64,000 nucleotides of DNA from Eledone cirrhosa (lineage: Eukaryota): assembly GCA_964016885.1 (NCBI GenBank), contig OZ024761.1, positions 24,800,001-24,864,000 of the forward strand, in the 5' to 3' direction. The notes under the pieces are model-generated. The model was given only the letters and a program-made list of their open reading frames with translations, did not search any database and was not told where the DNA came from. Made by a program: the position numbers and the translations under genes. Below, piece after piece: positions 48,601 through 63,175 of this stretch. The first letter of the stretch is position 1, and every line of letters starts with the position of its first letter.

Positions 48601-49738
48601 GGGGACATGAATATAAAGGAGTGATTGTAGATCCGTGAAACCTTCAATGTGTTAATTTCAACTCTTCTCAGTAATAACTACATTGTTCCTTTACAGGGAT
48701 AAAGTTGAAAAATGAACCTCATTTGATCATTTCTTGATGGTATCTTGGTCAGCCTAAAACCTTTTCAGCCAAATTTTGTATATATATATTTATTTATATA
48801 TATATGTATGTATGTATATGGATTGAGAGAGATGAGGCCGTCTTGTTACTGATAATGAGTGTTAGAAATTAAGGGGACACAAATAAGAGATGGACAGTTT
48901 CCCTTCATCATTTGTCTATTAGGGGTCACGGATATTTCAGCGCATTATAGACAATAAATCTATCCCAGGCGCTCATATCCTTTCATCTATCAAAAAGCCT
49001 CGAAGGAAAGAAGCGATTGCGAAGAAGAGAAAGAAGAATAAAAGGCAATCGACGCCAGTACACGAGTGGTACCTATTTTCATCGAAAGGATGAATTGCCC
49101 AGTTGACCTCGGCAGGATTTGAACTCAGAGTGCAGCGACCCAAAACTAATACTACAAAGCATTCTATCCAACGCTCGAACAATTCTACTAATGCGTTGGC
49201 TAAGATAAGGAGTGATGCGTTCTAAAACTAAATAGCATATACCTGCAGTAATCATACTGTATTAGTTTCGCCCATACGTTGCAGTAAAAAATCGAGTAAG
49301 TATCACATTTTTCTGTATTATTATAATCTAAAATTTAAAAAAAATTTCTTTAAATTTCAAAGTATGCAAATATATAAATGTTATTACACGCACACGCACG
49401 CACACACACAGACGCACACGCACGCACGCACGCACGCACACACATACACACACACACGCACATACACACACACACAGACACAGACACACATATAAATATA
49501 TATATATATATAGTAATAATAATAAAGTTGAAGACTAAAATCCAAAGAGGTCTCGATAAGGATAAATATATATCAAATATATAAGAACCGTAGAGAAAAT
49601 TTTTATTAAAATAACAGATTAAAGTTTAAGCAAAGAATCACTGCTTTCACCCTTAACGGGATCTTCTGGTTAGTTTAAGAAGATCCCGTTAAGGGTGAAA
49701 GCAGTGATTCTTTGCTTAAACTTTAATCTGTTATTTTA

Positions 49739-49777
<39 letters not shown>

Positions 49778-50033
49778 TAAAAGGAAAAGAAAATGCTGAC
49801 AAATTGTTCGCAGTGAAAAATAGTTTAATTAGGAATAAGTAAAAATTAGTAATAGTATTGGTTAGTATTTAGTTTTGGTTTTAAGTTTTACCGGTTGCGC
49901 ATTTCTAAGTCTTTCAAGACAAATATGTGCGTGTGTGTGTAGTAGTCGTAAAGAGGTTCGTTGTTGTGATAATGGTCAGCAGGGATGTGTGTGCGACGCA
50001 GCCTGTTGACAGTTCAAATGCCTATTAAGACAA

Positions 50034-50072
<39 letters not shown>

Positions 50073-50847
50073 TGTGTGTGTGTGTGTAGCAGAGTAATTC
50101 GTGGTAGAGGGATGGTCAGTGGGAATGTGTCCCTACGTGTGTGGGGAATATTTTAACATGTTAAAAGATATTTTTCAGCTCTTGTCTTATACGGAGAAGT
50201 GTGTGTGTGTGTGTGTGTATATGTCTCTTTGTATGTTAATGTACGCGTGTGTATATGTGTGTGTGTGTCTGTATGTGTGAGAATGTGTGTGTGTGTGTGG
50301 CTGGACCAGTATTTTTGTGATACTGGTAAAAATGGTGTACATTATTCGATATTTTCAGTAAAAACGATTGTCTCAATAGAACAACAAAAACCTTAATAAT
50401 AAAAAGGTGTGAAATGATATATAGTATTGGCATAATACCAAGGTGTGTGTGAGTGTCCAGATTGTACGTACTGCAAGGGGAATCCATTAGGCCTTGCCGT
50501 ATTGGAATACTTGTGTACAAATATGTATGTGCCCATATATATATATATATATATATGAGAAATTGACGGAATTAACATAAGGTTTTCCTGTTAGAACCGC
50601 TTGCATCTCAGCATACTTAAGAGATAAGGTTATGTAAATATCCGACAGTAGACACAAAGTTATTTGCCTCAATACAATACACGTAAATGGGTACCATAAA
50701 CTATACCAATACTCGTGTTTCGGTCACACTTAATGCAGCAAGAGAGCGTGCAACATCCATTGTTTTCATTTATGCAATAATGCACAACCAGCACATGTGG
50801 CTTCATCAGCAGGTCTCGCTCGCCTAATCAATAACCAATCGATCGAC

Positions 50848-50894
<47 letters not shown>

Positions 50895-50962
50895 AACCGA
50901 AACCTATAATAAGATTCAGTGAAAAGCAGCAGGTGTGATTTTAGCATGACCGTGCTGAAGTG

Positions 50963-51030
<68 letters not shown>

Positions 51031-52401
51031 AAAATGATCAAGACCCCGACGGCAGAGCTCAAGCCGTTTCGACGGCTATTTCTGGACCCCTATTTCTACG
51101 ATAGATACCGCGACAATCAGTACTTCGACACCAAGGAGAGATTCAGATTCAATACCTACAAATCTCCCCCACCGAACCCTCTGCTCTCACCCTTCGAGAA
51201 CGACCTCTTCCACCTGGTCAAGAGTATAACATTCAAACCCAGACACAACCGATTCCTACAACAACTCCGAAGCAAAATAATGAGATATGAAAGCACCATC
51301 GACATCCAAGGTGCATTCGAACAACATTCGAAACCTCTATTTCGTCAACCCTGACACATACCACACACTTATCAGGAGCAGACTGAATTCCACCTACAAA
51401 AAGGCTAACCATTCAATATTCCATGACATAAATGTGGATGGACAACAAATTACCTCCAGCCTCGGGGTAGCCGACCGCACTAAACCTCTCGTCCCCCGGA
51501 CTACCTACTTCACCCTGAAGGACCATAAATCCGACTTCGACCGCAAACCATCCATCAGACTTATAAACCCGACGAAGTCGGACATAGGGAGATTCATTAA
51601 AAGATCCTAGACCGCGTTATACCAAAAGTTAAGCAAAACGCGAGACTTAGCATTTGGGTCAGCACCCAAGAAGTCATCTCATGGTTCAGGAATATTGAGG
51701 ACAAACGGGACACCAAATTCATCCAGTTCGACATAGAGAGCTATTACCTTACCGCCCCTTACGGCCGCTTTGGACTTTACCAAAACACTAACACCCATCA
51801 CCAACCAGGAAAGAAACATCATTCTCCACGCCAGGAAGGCAGTCCTCCTTTTCGACAACTCGAAATGGATAAAGAGAGCTCCCGACTCCCCCGTCAACGT
51901 CAGTATGGGCGCGACCGACTCGGCCGAGGTGACCGACCTTATAGGATTATTCCTACTACATAAACTCACCGAAATGTTTCCTGCATTCGGCGGTGGATTG
52001 TACCGGGATGATGGGCTCCTCACCCATAAAGGCTACCACCCCGGTAGTACAGACCGGGTCCGTAAGCACCCAATCAACTTCTTCTGGGACTGGGGATTTA
52101 AAATCACCCTACAAACGTCCCTAACCCGAGTCAACTTCCTGGACGTTACCCTCAACCTCGATAAAATAGAAGAGTCCAGAAATAGCCGTCAAAACGGCTT
52201 GAGCTCTGCTTTCGGGTTCTTGACCATTTTCCTATTACCCACTCTACTACGCTAAGTATTGAGTGCTCTGGTGCGTTATGGTCCATGTGGTTCCTTACCA
52301 CACGTCCTTCGTTATATATATATATATATGATGGCTGCCCCCCTCGTTATCGAGTATGGCCATTGCACGAGAAGAAAAAAAAAATAATAATAATAAATAA
52401 A

Positions 52402-52434
<33 letters not shown>

Positions 52435-52443
52435 CATATACAT

Positions 52444-52479
<36 letters not shown>

Positions 52480-55002
52480 CCACACACACACACACACTCA
52501 CACACACATATACAAACACACATACATTAATAACAATAATAATAATAATAATAATAACAACAATAATAATAACGACAACAACAATAATAATATACATGGC
52601 TGAAACAGGTAAAAGAGTAAAATAGTATATACATATATACACACACACGCACACACATAAGCATATCTACACACACACACACACTCGATAGCAACTAACA
52701 GCGCTGCGATCGAATGTGGCTTTTTAGCCCAGCCAATGATCTAAAATGTCTTGCACAGAGTCGGCAACCAAAACATTCACTGGGAATAGTCGGCTGTGGT
52801 TGGAGTTCGTGTACTTTTGCATGTCCCTTGTGCCCTCCTGCTGATTTACATTCTCTACCACATGTTTGGCAAGCATGATGAGTAGTATCTCCAATCCAAC
52901 AGCAGCCTGGTAGTCAACCACTGGTCTTACTTTATGACTGCGAAGATGACTCTCGAGTCCAGCTTTGCTTAGGCAGAGTCTCGCACATACGCTGCATGTC
53001 AGCACCATAGGAGGACCCTCGCCGTCTGGAAGTGCAACAGCAATGCCCTTCCTCACATCCCGCTTTACTTTCTCGTATGCGATTCGAGATGCCTCAAAGG
53101 CAACTTTTCCCTCATATACAGTCTTTCTCCATTTATTACGATCAGCAGCAATATTCTCCCATGTATCAGCAGAGATGTTAGCGTCTTTCAGAGAGGCTTT
53201 CAAGGAATCCTTATACCTCTTTTTTGGTTTATGTGGCGGTCGTTTTCCTTTAACCAACTCTCCATAAAAGAGTTGTTTTGGTATTCTAGAATCCTTCATC
53301 CTGGCAAGGTGACCACTCCAACGGAGTCGTTGCTTAAGCACAAGAGCTTCTATACTATCACACATAGAGCTTTCCAAAATCTCGACATCACTGATGTGGT
53401 CCCTCCAGTGAACGCCATGGATCCGTCTGAGACACATCTGATGGAAACTCTCCAATTGCTTAAGGTGGTGTCGATATGTGACCCAGGTCTCGCAGGCGTA
53501 AAGAAGACAAGAGAGCACACATGCCCTGTACACCTTTACCTTTGTCCTCATGCATATGTCTCGCCGACCCCAGAGTCGCCTTTCTAGCTTTCCGAAAGCA
53601 TCACTTGCTTTCCTAATCCTAAGTGAGATTTCACTGTCAAGGTTGCTGTATCGATTGACAGTGCTTCCCAGGTAGACAAACTGATCAACCACTCCAAGTC
53701 GTTTGTCATACACATGGATGTTTGGTTCAGTGTACTGCTTACCAGGGGCAGGTTGGTACATGACGACGGTTTTCTTGAGACTGACAGTCAGACCTAGGGC
53801 AGTGCAAGCGTCAGAAAATGCATTCAAAATGTGCTGCATATCACTCTCTGTGTGCGCTACAAGATGGCAATCATCTGCATACAAGAGGTCTCTTATGATT
53901 GATGTAAATACTTTTGTTTTCGCAGCAAAGCGCCTGATGTTAAATATGCTGCCTGAGGTTCGATATCGGATGTAAACACCATGCTCGCAATTCATGAATG
54001 CAATACAGAAAACCATTGCAAAGTATATGGCAAACAGGGTCGGTGCTGGAATATCCCCCTGTTTCACTCCATTTTTTACTGAGATAGGCTCCGACATGTT
54101 ACCCCCGACATTAACCCAAGCCTTCATGTCGTCATGGAAAGACCTAACTAATGCATCTCTGTCAACAGTATCGAAAGCTTTTGTCAGATCGACAAAGACC
54201 TGATACAGATCCAAGCCTTCTTCCATGCACTTCTCCCGGAGCTGTCTAGCTGAGAAGATCATATCAGTAGTGCCGCGTCCAGCACGAAAACCAGATTGAC
54301 TTTCAGGAAGAACACAATGTGCAATGTGTGTCAGAAGACGGTCCAGAAGCACCGTGCATAAAACTTTCCCTACGACAGAAAGCAATATATATATATACTT
54401 GACCCTGTTCAGCCTTATGGTGATAAAGTGACGTGGGTCGGATGAAACTTTCATAGGTTGTCTATACAGGATTTATGCTAGGGCTGTGAAATCTTGCATG
54501 CATCAAGTTCAACACTTCTTATCAAGAACATCATTGATTATTCATGGGAATACATTGAAAATTAAACCACATTTAGTAATTCCATGAGAGTATCTTCGTC
54601 AGTCTATGACCTTCTCAGCCTAAGAAAGATTAAGCTGTCCCTCGTGCTACACGTCCCAGTGTATCAATATCTCCTGAAGGAAATAAAAACACAAATATAA
54701 GAGAACAGGGTTTTATATCGGAGTATTTTAGAGACATTGATTAGATAGAAAACAGGAAAATATACATACCGCCATAGCACAGGGGAAAACCTGAAATAAA
54801 GCAGAGGGCCAATGTGTTAGTTGTGGTTGAACAATGAGGTATTGTGTATGTGTATATGTGAGTATGTGTGTAAGTGTGAGCATTTACCAAACAATACACA
54901 CACGCAGGGCCACACGTACACAGAGATACAGGAAGATACACACTGGCAGACAGACAGAAACAAATACTCATCCTCTCATATATACATATATATAAATATA
55001 CA

Positions 55003-55085
<83 letters not shown>

Positions 55086-57731
55086 AAAGTTATATTTAAA
55101 TTGTTGGGTTACAACTAGTAAATATTTATAACTGATATAAAAGCACTCAACAAGTATTTGGAGTATATTTACGATATTAAATAAATGGAAACTATATTTA
55201 TAAAACCATATTTATTTCATTATATATATTTCAGGGATATCATATTAACAATATGTTATGCCTTCTTCAGACAAAATACAATATAGACAGTTTTATAGAT
55301 AAATAGATTTGACATACCGTTCAACATCGACTTGTATTTGAAAAATCAACTTTTTCAAATCAACTTTTTCAAATACAAGTCGATGTTGAACGGTATGTCA
55401 AATCTATTTATCTATAAAACTGTCTATATTGTATTTTGTCTGAAGAAGGCATAACATATTGTTAATATGATATCCCTGAAATATATATAATTGTTTCTAC
55501 TTTTAGCACAAGGCCAGCAATTATCCAGTGTATTACTGGTACTTTATTTTATCGACCCCGTAAGGATGAAAGGCAAAGTTAACCTCGGCGGGATTTGAAC
55601 TCAGAATGGCAAGGGCCGTAACTCTATGCGTCAAAGCATGGCGTCCGACCCTCTACCGATACTGCCAATCCACCGGGCTCATCGTGTAGGATCCTCCGTT
55701 CTTGGATACCACCCCCCTCGAATATATATATCCCTGAAATATATATAATGAAATAAATATGGTTTTATAAATATAGTTTCCATTTATTTAATATCGTATA
55801 TATATATATATATATATATATATAGGAACGAGTAGGACCCCGACGGCTGAGCTCAAGCCGTTTCGACGGCTAATTATCCAGAATTAGCCGTCTAAACGGC
55901 TTGAGCTCAGTCGTCGGGGTCCTACTCGTTCCTATTACCCACTCTACTACCCTAAGTATTGAGTACTTTGGTGCGTTATGGTCCACCTGGTTCCTTACCA
56001 CATTTCCTTCGTTATATATATATATATATATATATATAAATATATATATATGTATATATGTATACATATTTATATATGTATACATATTTATATATGTATA
56101 CATATGTACACATATGTACGTATGTATGTATATATGTATACATATGTACGTATGTATGTATATATGTATTTATATGTACGTATGTATGTATACATGTTTA
56201 CATATGTCGGCTCATGGAGAAGATGTAGTGGCATCACCTCAAATGCCACTCCATCTTCTCCATGAGCCTTGCATTCCTTGATCTTCTTGGGAGGTCTGGT
56301 TGAAGGACCATGTCTCAATATCCAGTTCCTCAAACAGCCGCCTGATCTCCCCCAGTGTTATGGACTGTGGAGGGCGGTTCTCCTAGTAGGGTCCTAAAAT
56401 GGTCCAGCCATTTCTGCTTCCTATCCTCTGGCGCTGTTCCCTCGATCTGACTCGAACACCTTCTCTTCCTCCCTGTGATCTCGTTGATGATTATCCAGCT
56501 CTCCTTACATCCTTACCTCCCAACCGCTCTCTCCACACTTCTGATCTTCTCTATCAGTGCCTCCTCTCTGGCCTCAGTGTAAGCAGTATAGAGTTCTTCA
56601 CTCATCGCCTCCACATTCTCCTTCCTCTCCTCCGTAGGATCAGCATAGAAGTGTTCCTTGGCAGCTTTCAGGTGTTCTCTGACTGCACAGTCTTTTTGGT
56701 CTGCAGAGCTGACGCGCTTCCTTTTGTTCTTTCGCCTCGGCTCAATGGTCTCACTTGCTTCCTCCACTGCATTGGTGAAGTACCCATACCTCCTCATCAC
56801 ATGCTCCTCAGTCCCTTCAATCTCTGTCCTCTTTTTCTCAACACTTTTTCTCAGCACTGAACCTGTACCTCACTTCTACTGTGGACCTCTCCTGTAGATT
56901 ATAATCTTCCTTGAAAACACCCCAGTCATAGATTGCTCTCCGGGGCTGAGCCTTGCTCTTTCTGAAATAATTGTATGGTTCTGTGTTCAGAACACTATTC
57001 CGCCACATTTTCCTCACCAGGTCCACAAACCCAGCATTCTTCCTAAACCTTAGGTTGGTCGCTATCAAGTTCACCTCCAGCAGGGTGTCTCTCAGTAGTC
57101 TTCCATTTCGGTTGGTGTTGTTATGGAAGTAACAGCAAGGATCTTCACTGCTCTCCTTACTCAGATGTGCATTGAAGTCCCCCAGAACAAGCAGAATGTT
57201 GTGAGCTTGTGTGATGTTGACAGCTCTACACACCTCCTCATGGAACTCTTCCGCACTCACATCACTGTCTCCCTCGGTTGAACTATAGGCTGAGATGAGT
57301 GTCAGTCTTGGGTTTCCATTGAAGGTCACCCTCAACACTCGCGGGGAGACAGGTATTATTTCCCTCGCCAATAGATTGGTTTTTGCGCCGAAAACAGAAC
57401 CCACACCTCCTACTGCAGCATAGGGTCATGTACTTCACTGCTGATATGACGATGAGCTGTCTCCTCTTTCAAAACATCACACTCCTCACGGGCTCATCGT
57501 GTAGGATCCTCCGTTCTTGGATACCACTCTCCTCGAATATATATAACGAAGGAGATGTGGTAAGGAACCAGATGGACTATAACGCACCAGAGTACTCAAT
57601 ACTTATAGTAGAGTGGATAATAGGAAAATGTTAGACCCTGACGGTAGAGCTCAAGCCGTTTCGACGGCTATTTCGTCCAGAAATAGCCGTCGAAACGGCT
57701 TGAGGTCTGCCGTCGGGGTCTAACATTTTCC

Positions 57732-57781
<50 letters not shown>

Positions 57782-60700
57782 TTGGTTGTTTACCGACACT
57801 TCAGTAGGCAGGTTGGAGCACTCAACAAAGTGCGCAGATGGGTGTGTTTACTCCGTAGTAATGTAAAAAGAAGTGTACGTCAACAGGTTAAAATTAGCTT
57901 CGTTTATATATATTCGCTGCTATATATATTTCAGTGGTAGCCATTATTTAACCGCTATGACCTCATCGGGTAGTAAGAACTTGAACAGAAGAAACAGGAA
58001 AACTTAATGTTGGAATTGATTTTACCTTGTTAATTCGTTGATATGTTCAGATCCAGAGCGTGGGGTTAGTCCTCTAAAGAACTGAAAGCATATGATTTAG
58101 AATGAACGAATTCCAGCGTCCGAATGATATGTCCTCATCTCATTGATTAGATATCAGTTCTCCTAGAAGCATGTCAACCTCTTACAGTCGCTTTTAACTG
58201 TATATATATTCTGTTCCATTTGACCTACTGCCCTATAGTGGTACTGGTGGGAGCTGGCCAATTACAATTTCCCTGTTGTGGTAGTATTCAGGTTTTCAAG
58301 GAAGGATATATGTAGGTGACCTGATATGGGTTCCTCTGGTGGTGTTTATACTTCTCCATATTGCTATGTATTATAGTGGGAGATGCTATAAATGTGTGTG
58401 TTAAAACAAATACGTGTTAAAATCAAAAACTGTTAAGAATTATAATCTGTATTTAAAAGATTTAGTACACACCCCCAAACTTCCATTGATGTACGCCCAT
58501 ACGTGTACACATATAAAAATAAACATATCTACATCCAGACATACATCCGTATGCATATATACATGTACACGCACAAGTATATACACGCACATATGTGCAT
58601 ACGCATTACAGGCAGAGACTCATATGGCCCCTCAGGGGATGGGGAGAGAAGTAATAGGTGTGTCTTATTTACTTGTAATAGTTAGTACTGACTATTGCGT
58701 GCGAAAGGGGTCAGGTTTGAGGTAGGATATCCTTCGTGGGAATCGGATCACAAGCCGGGGTTGGGTGGTGAGGCTTGGTGGTCGGAAACGTGGCATGCCT
58801 GGTTGCACAGAGTGTAGGAATCTGCCGACGTACATCACATTATTAATTAGCTAGTGTCTGTTAACTTGTGTTCGAGCTATAGAAGTGTGATAGAAGGGGG
58901 GACCACAGCGGTGTGAGGCATGGTCCTAGCTACTAGGTGAGTTAGGCTCTGTTGTGTTATAAATGCTATTCGAGACGAGACTAGAGAAGGAGGGGTTGGG
59001 AGTGGTGCCTCGGGGGCTCAGTGTGGCGGGATTGCTATCCAAGTGTGACGGGGTTGCTATCCATACAGCTTCAGGAAAGTTCCCGTCTTAAGGTGTGTAC
59101 ATCTACCAAAGGAATCGGTCTTCAGGTTGATTAGATTTATCCCACCAATGACTGTCTCCAGAGTCTCACTTAGTCAGAGGTCGCAGATGTCAGATCCACC
59201 TCCGTCTGATGGTACCTCCCTAAACTTAGACAACACCAACGTACACGGGGTTTTGTCCAGCTTCAGCTTCCCAATCAGTTCGGAATTGGCAGTACTTTTC
59301 CTCTTGTCTAGCCCATTATTGGAATGGCGGTGATTATACCATTTGTCCTTAAAGCACGTGGAGGTGGCTACTATGTAAAGATGTTCCGAGTTGAGGGTTG
59401 TAACTTTGCATCGGTAGACTATGTTCTTCACTAGGCATTCATTTACAAGGGGGAATAATGTAGGGTTTGATCAGTTGCATATATTGGTCAAACCCTGAAA
59501 GCTTATTGACTGGTTCCCATTGTATAGGTTGGAGTGGTCGATCTCTGAGACTAGTACAGGGACCCCAAGATGGTTGGTGTTCAACGGGTCAGTTCCGGCC
59601 CACCATTTGCCCCATCATGGCTCTGCTGGGTGGCTATAGGATCAGATGTTGACTGGCTAAACGTCCTAAGTCTATTCCTATTGATATTAGCTATGTCCTG
59701 GGCTACGCTGAAGATGGTGGAGTACAAGAGCTTCACTGTGTTGCATATTGAAAATGTTGTGGTATCAGTGGGTCCTCAGGAAGGATGTATCCAGTGCCCT
59801 AAAGAATGAACGGGCCTGGTTGGTCTTCAGGTCCGTCGAGTTGGGTGGATTATACCATGTAATTTGTGTTAGTCTATTCCTATGGGGGAGGGTTTAGTAC
59901 GCAGCAGGCCTTTGGGGAGTTTTTGGGGTGCTACCGCTTCCCACATATTGCTGTACCATTGGGCGTTAGGGATTTTGCTAACTGTTCTGCTATACCGGTA
60001 GGGTGATTCCTGACTACACCGGGTGTTTTACATTTGGATGTTCCTCGGTCCATCCCGGTCTGTGTCATGTGTTTGGGTATGCTGGGTCCGGGGTGGTTAC
60101 TATCACCGCTATATCCACCTCGCGTACTGAGTTAAAAACTCACATGTGTGTTATGAAGTCTTCAAGGTGATGTTATATGACAGAACAATATATATGTATA
60201 TACAGTGCCCCGCAAAAGTTTACAACACATAAGGAAAAATGCGGTTTTAGGTATTTTTAATAAAGTTAGGGTAATGAAAATTTAACTACTGATAGAACAT
60301 ATAATGAGGCATTTAATGATACAATTATATTTTAAAAAAATAACAAGGAAATAACCCATGAAGAAAAATCAATATTTTTATAACGCAAAAGTTTACAACA
60401 CATTTATTAAATCATCTCTTAATATTTTGTAGCGTAACCTTTGTTGCTAATTACAGCCTGTAGGCATTTGGAGTAGCCTCCTACAAACTTCTTGGCTAAT
60501 ATTTCTTTAGTTCAGGGATATTTTGGGGTTTCCTTTTTTGAAATCTGAGTTTCAGTTCTCTCCACAAATTTTTGATCGGGTTAAGATCTGGAGACTGACT
60601 TGGCCATTTTAGAACATTTCTTCCATTCGTACTTAACGAAGATTGTGTTAGCTTTGCAGTATGCTTTGGATCATTGTCTTGTTGAAAAAAACAAACTGGC

Positions 60701-61737
60701 TTTAAGCTGAGAGAATGTGCACTTTGATGTAAATTCCTTTGCAAAATACCTCTATAATAAGCGCCATCGAATTCTTCCTTCTATTATTTCACTAAAGCAA
60801 CCCCAGACCATGACTGATCCACCTCCAAATTTTACAGTTGGAATAGTATTCTTCAGCGAATATTCAGTACCTTTCTTTCTCCAGACTTTTGCCACAGCAT
60901 TTCGACCAAAAAGTTCAATTTTTGTTTCGTCTGACCAAAGTACATCTTCCCAAAATGACGCAGGTTTGATGAGATGCTCATTTGCAAAGTTTAATCGACG
61001 AAGAACGTGTTTCCTCGTAAGAAGTGGTGTTTTCCTTGGAGACCTCGAGAAGATATATCGATGTAGTGAACGACTAATTGTATCTGTGCTCACTTTTACT
61101 CCACTTCCTTCTAGGCCATCCTAAAGATTTTAATGAGTACACCGGGGTTCGTTGCCAACCTTTCTCGTCAATAACCGAGCTGCACGTTCCGTTATCTTTC
61201 TAGGACAACCATAACTAATTAGAGGACAGATGGAATGATGAGATTTCCAGTGACGAATTATAGTACCAACTGAACTCAATGACACATTTAACTGACAAGA
61301 TATCTTTCTATAACCAACACTATTTGTATGAAGGTCTACAATGCGTTTACAGAGGTCTTGATCAATCAGTTTACTTTTCCCCATATTGTCAATGTTTACA
61401 GAATGGTTGTCAGACTAATAATGACGTAATGTTTTTAATTGTCCTTAGAAGTTACCTTAAACCTAATCTAGAACATTCTACTGAATTTTAAATCTGAAAA
61501 TTTAAGAATTTTCTTGAAAAAAAGCGACAAATATAAAATGTGTTGTAAACTTTTGCGTTATAAAAATATTGATTTTTCTTCATGAGTTATTTCCTTGTTA
61601 TTTTTTAAAAAAATATGATTGTATCATTAAATGCCTCATTATATGTTCTATCAGTAGTTACATTTTCATTACCCTAACTTTATTAAAAATACCTAAAACC
61701 GCATTTTTCCTAATGTGTTGTAAACTTTTGCGGGGCA

Positions 61738-61773
<36 letters not shown>

Positions 61774-61822
61774 GCTACTTACCAATAAGGAGAAGTAAGG
61801 TAAACATCACAGCTTTCATCAT
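45632..61822 (-). CDS. Paralog C: multi-exon gene for a small secreted, probably GPI-anchored 6-Cys protein (103 aa)
   Basis: Exons 61822-61783, 54790-54770, 49327-49243, 48218-48131, 46362-46330, 45676-45632; GT-AG. Product [103 protein letters not shown]. Confidence 0.8.
46330..46362 (-). CDS. Paralog C 33-nt microexon ([11 protein letters not shown])
   Basis: tcttttgttttcag|...AGG|GTACGT. Confidence 0.75.
46419..46445 (-). pseudogene. Dead duplicate microexon (H*NGGSRDR, donor GT>AT)
   Basis: Same two lesions as 4303-4329. Confidence 0.65.
47470..47860 (+). mobile_element. Tx1/L1-like RT fragment
   Basis: [43 protein letters not shown]. Confidence 0.65.
48131..48218 (-). CDS. Paralog C exon 4 ([29 protein letters not shown])
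   Basis: GT-AG, 88 nt, Cys spacing identical to A and B. Confidence 0.88.
48338..48879. repeat. Local tandem duplication, 2 x ~270 bp
   Basis: 48338-48607 ~ 48610-48879. Confidence 0.9.
49040..49200 (-). mobile_element. Octopus-type tRNA-derived SINE (related pieces ~820-905, 1150-1240, 10720-10830, 12330-12445, 30700-30790, 31075-31215)
   Basis: CTGAGTTCAAATCCTGCCGAGGTCAAC..TTCATCCTTTCG..GTACCA. Confidence 0.6.
49243..49327 (-). CDS. Paralog C exon 3 ([29 protein letters not shown])
   Basis: GT-AG; 85 nt, frame and Cys kept despite heavy divergence. Confidence 0.85.
49603..49743. repeat. Near-perfect palindrome (~65-bp arms) with truncated hammerhead core
   Basis: GAAGA-T-CCC-GTTAA-GGG-T-GAAAG at the start of the right arm. 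Confidence 0.8.
51028..52312 (+). mobile_element. Penelope-like RT fragment flanked by inverted terminal repeats
   Basis: [37 protein letters not shown]. Confidence 0.8.
52724..54385 (-). mobile_element. 5'-truncated RTE-clade LINE (RT + C2H2-like tail), long open frame
   Basis: [46 protein letters not shown]. Confidence 0.88.
54770..54790 (-). CDS. Paralog C exon 2 microexon (GFPLCYG)
   Basis: tttatttcag| acceptor, |GTATGT donor. Confidence 0.8.
55170..55800. repeat. Penelope-type palindrome (hammerhead-like core 55440-55481) interrupted by a SINE
   Basis: Arms 55220-55345 / 55365-55490 continuing at 55730-55800; same family as 7238-8023. Confidence 0.7.
55490..55680 (-). mobile_element. 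Nearly complete octopus-type SINE
   Basis: CTGAGTTCAAATCCCGCCGAGGTTAACTTTGCCTTTCATCCTTACGGGGTCGATAAAATAAAGTACCAG. Confidence 0.7.
56210..57530 (-). mobile_element. Decayed LINE (RTE-like) endonuclease region
   Basis: [34 protein letters not shown]. Confidence 0.7.
58850..60175 (-). mobile_element. Penelope-like fragment (copy of 14320-15650)
   Basis: GIY-YIG motifs. Confidence 0.75.
60203..61740 (-). mobile_element. Complete Tc1-family DNA transposon with ~200-bp IR/DR terminal inverted repeats; transposase frameshifted
   Basis: TA|CAGTGCCCCGCAAAAG...CTTTTGCGGGGCACTG|TA; [35 protein letters not shown] motifs. Confidence 0.92.
61783..61822 (-). CDS. Paralog C coding exon 1 ([13 protein letters not shown])
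   Basis: ATG start, G|GTAAGT donor. Confidence 0.85.
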
Positions 61823-62534
61823 GGAGGTCTGCGCTAATTGAAACGCCCGAATATGAAATACTCACCTTTAGAAGTTCCTGTTAAATACTCTACTCCAATG
61901 ACCAGAAGTTTGTCCAGGTTGAAACAATATGTTTATATCATATATATATATTGTGACGTTTAAGATATATATTGTTACGTTTTAACTGATTTTCTTTGTT
62001 TTCTGATATATTTTCATGAATCATAATTTATAGATACCTGCTCCTACATATATGGATACGATGGACTCTCCCATCGATTTGACGTATGTGGGTTCAACAG
62101 TCTTTTCAGTTCATAGTTTTATGTTTATACTTCAATTTTCCTGTTAATCTAGCTGTTCATTTACACATCAATCCACATTTAGTGCAAGTGACAGGCTGGA
62201 ATGCCAGACCGTTATTTAGTGTTAGATCTTATCCCACAGAGGTGGGTTAAACAGGATTTCTCAAAGTGTATTACACCTTCGCGGCAGACTGTTCTCCATC
62301 TTTTAGGGTGGGCAGCCATGGCTTCAAACGAAGAAAGATTTTAGATTGTATTTTAGTTTGTCCTTATAATGGAGTAGTGTTCTGCCCACAATATGTGCAC
62401 CATTGGAGAACTGACAGTACAACAGTATCTTAGGTGTGAAACAAGTGCAGCTTCATCATCAAACAGTATATGGCGAATGATACTTGTTCGTGTGTGTGTT
62501 TTAGCTTTAAAGTGCTGATGGTTGAATACCTCCA

Positions 62535-63175
62535 TATGGTGGTTTATACCCTATAATACGTCGAGATCTATTTGTTTATGCTCATCATACTTAGTATATG
62601 CTACCTTATCTACAAATCCACTCTGAGCAAGAGCTTGATTGTAATATGTGGAATCGTCGGTGAAAATATACCCGTTTGTAGATAGATGGCAAAGCCTCAA
62701 AGAAACGTTTCTTACCAGGTGCTTAATTATGCTGGCAGGATGGTTAGAATGCTTACTTATGTAATTAAGCGTATCATTCGGTTTTCTATACGGTTAGTGC
62801 AAGCCATTCGACAAATTGAGGGTAACGTCGAGGTAGTTTACGACCGATAGGTTGGCCTCAACCTGTATGGAGAGGTTGAAGCCTCTAAAGAAGGCTGTGA
62901 GTTCTTTTCTAAACCTGTCGCAAGCTCGGGGACCGCACTTTGTCATGGTCAAAGACGGTCAGCGTGCTACAAACCACTGTGTCGTCGAAATAGAGTCATC
63001 GAAATTAATCACCGACTTATGGGCATTGATAATGACATCAAATCCGAAATCCTTAACCACCGTGAGAGTTTTAGCGAAACTGATAGCTCTAAGAAGTGGT
63101 TAAGTGATAGAGGAGTAGTAGTTATTGATGTCGAATAGGATAAAATGGCAATGTTCCTTGAAATTGGTTAACATA
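62535..63175 (-). mobile_element. Penelope-like RT fragment
   Basis: Minus-strand ILFDINNYYSSI, VNYLDVTLNL and YRKPND..NYISKHSNHP motifs. Confidence 0.6.

Larger units (their letters stand above)
44707..62530. repeat. Segmental duplication unit C (more diverged)
   Basis: Collinear homology with A and B up to ~62530. Confidence 0.85.
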
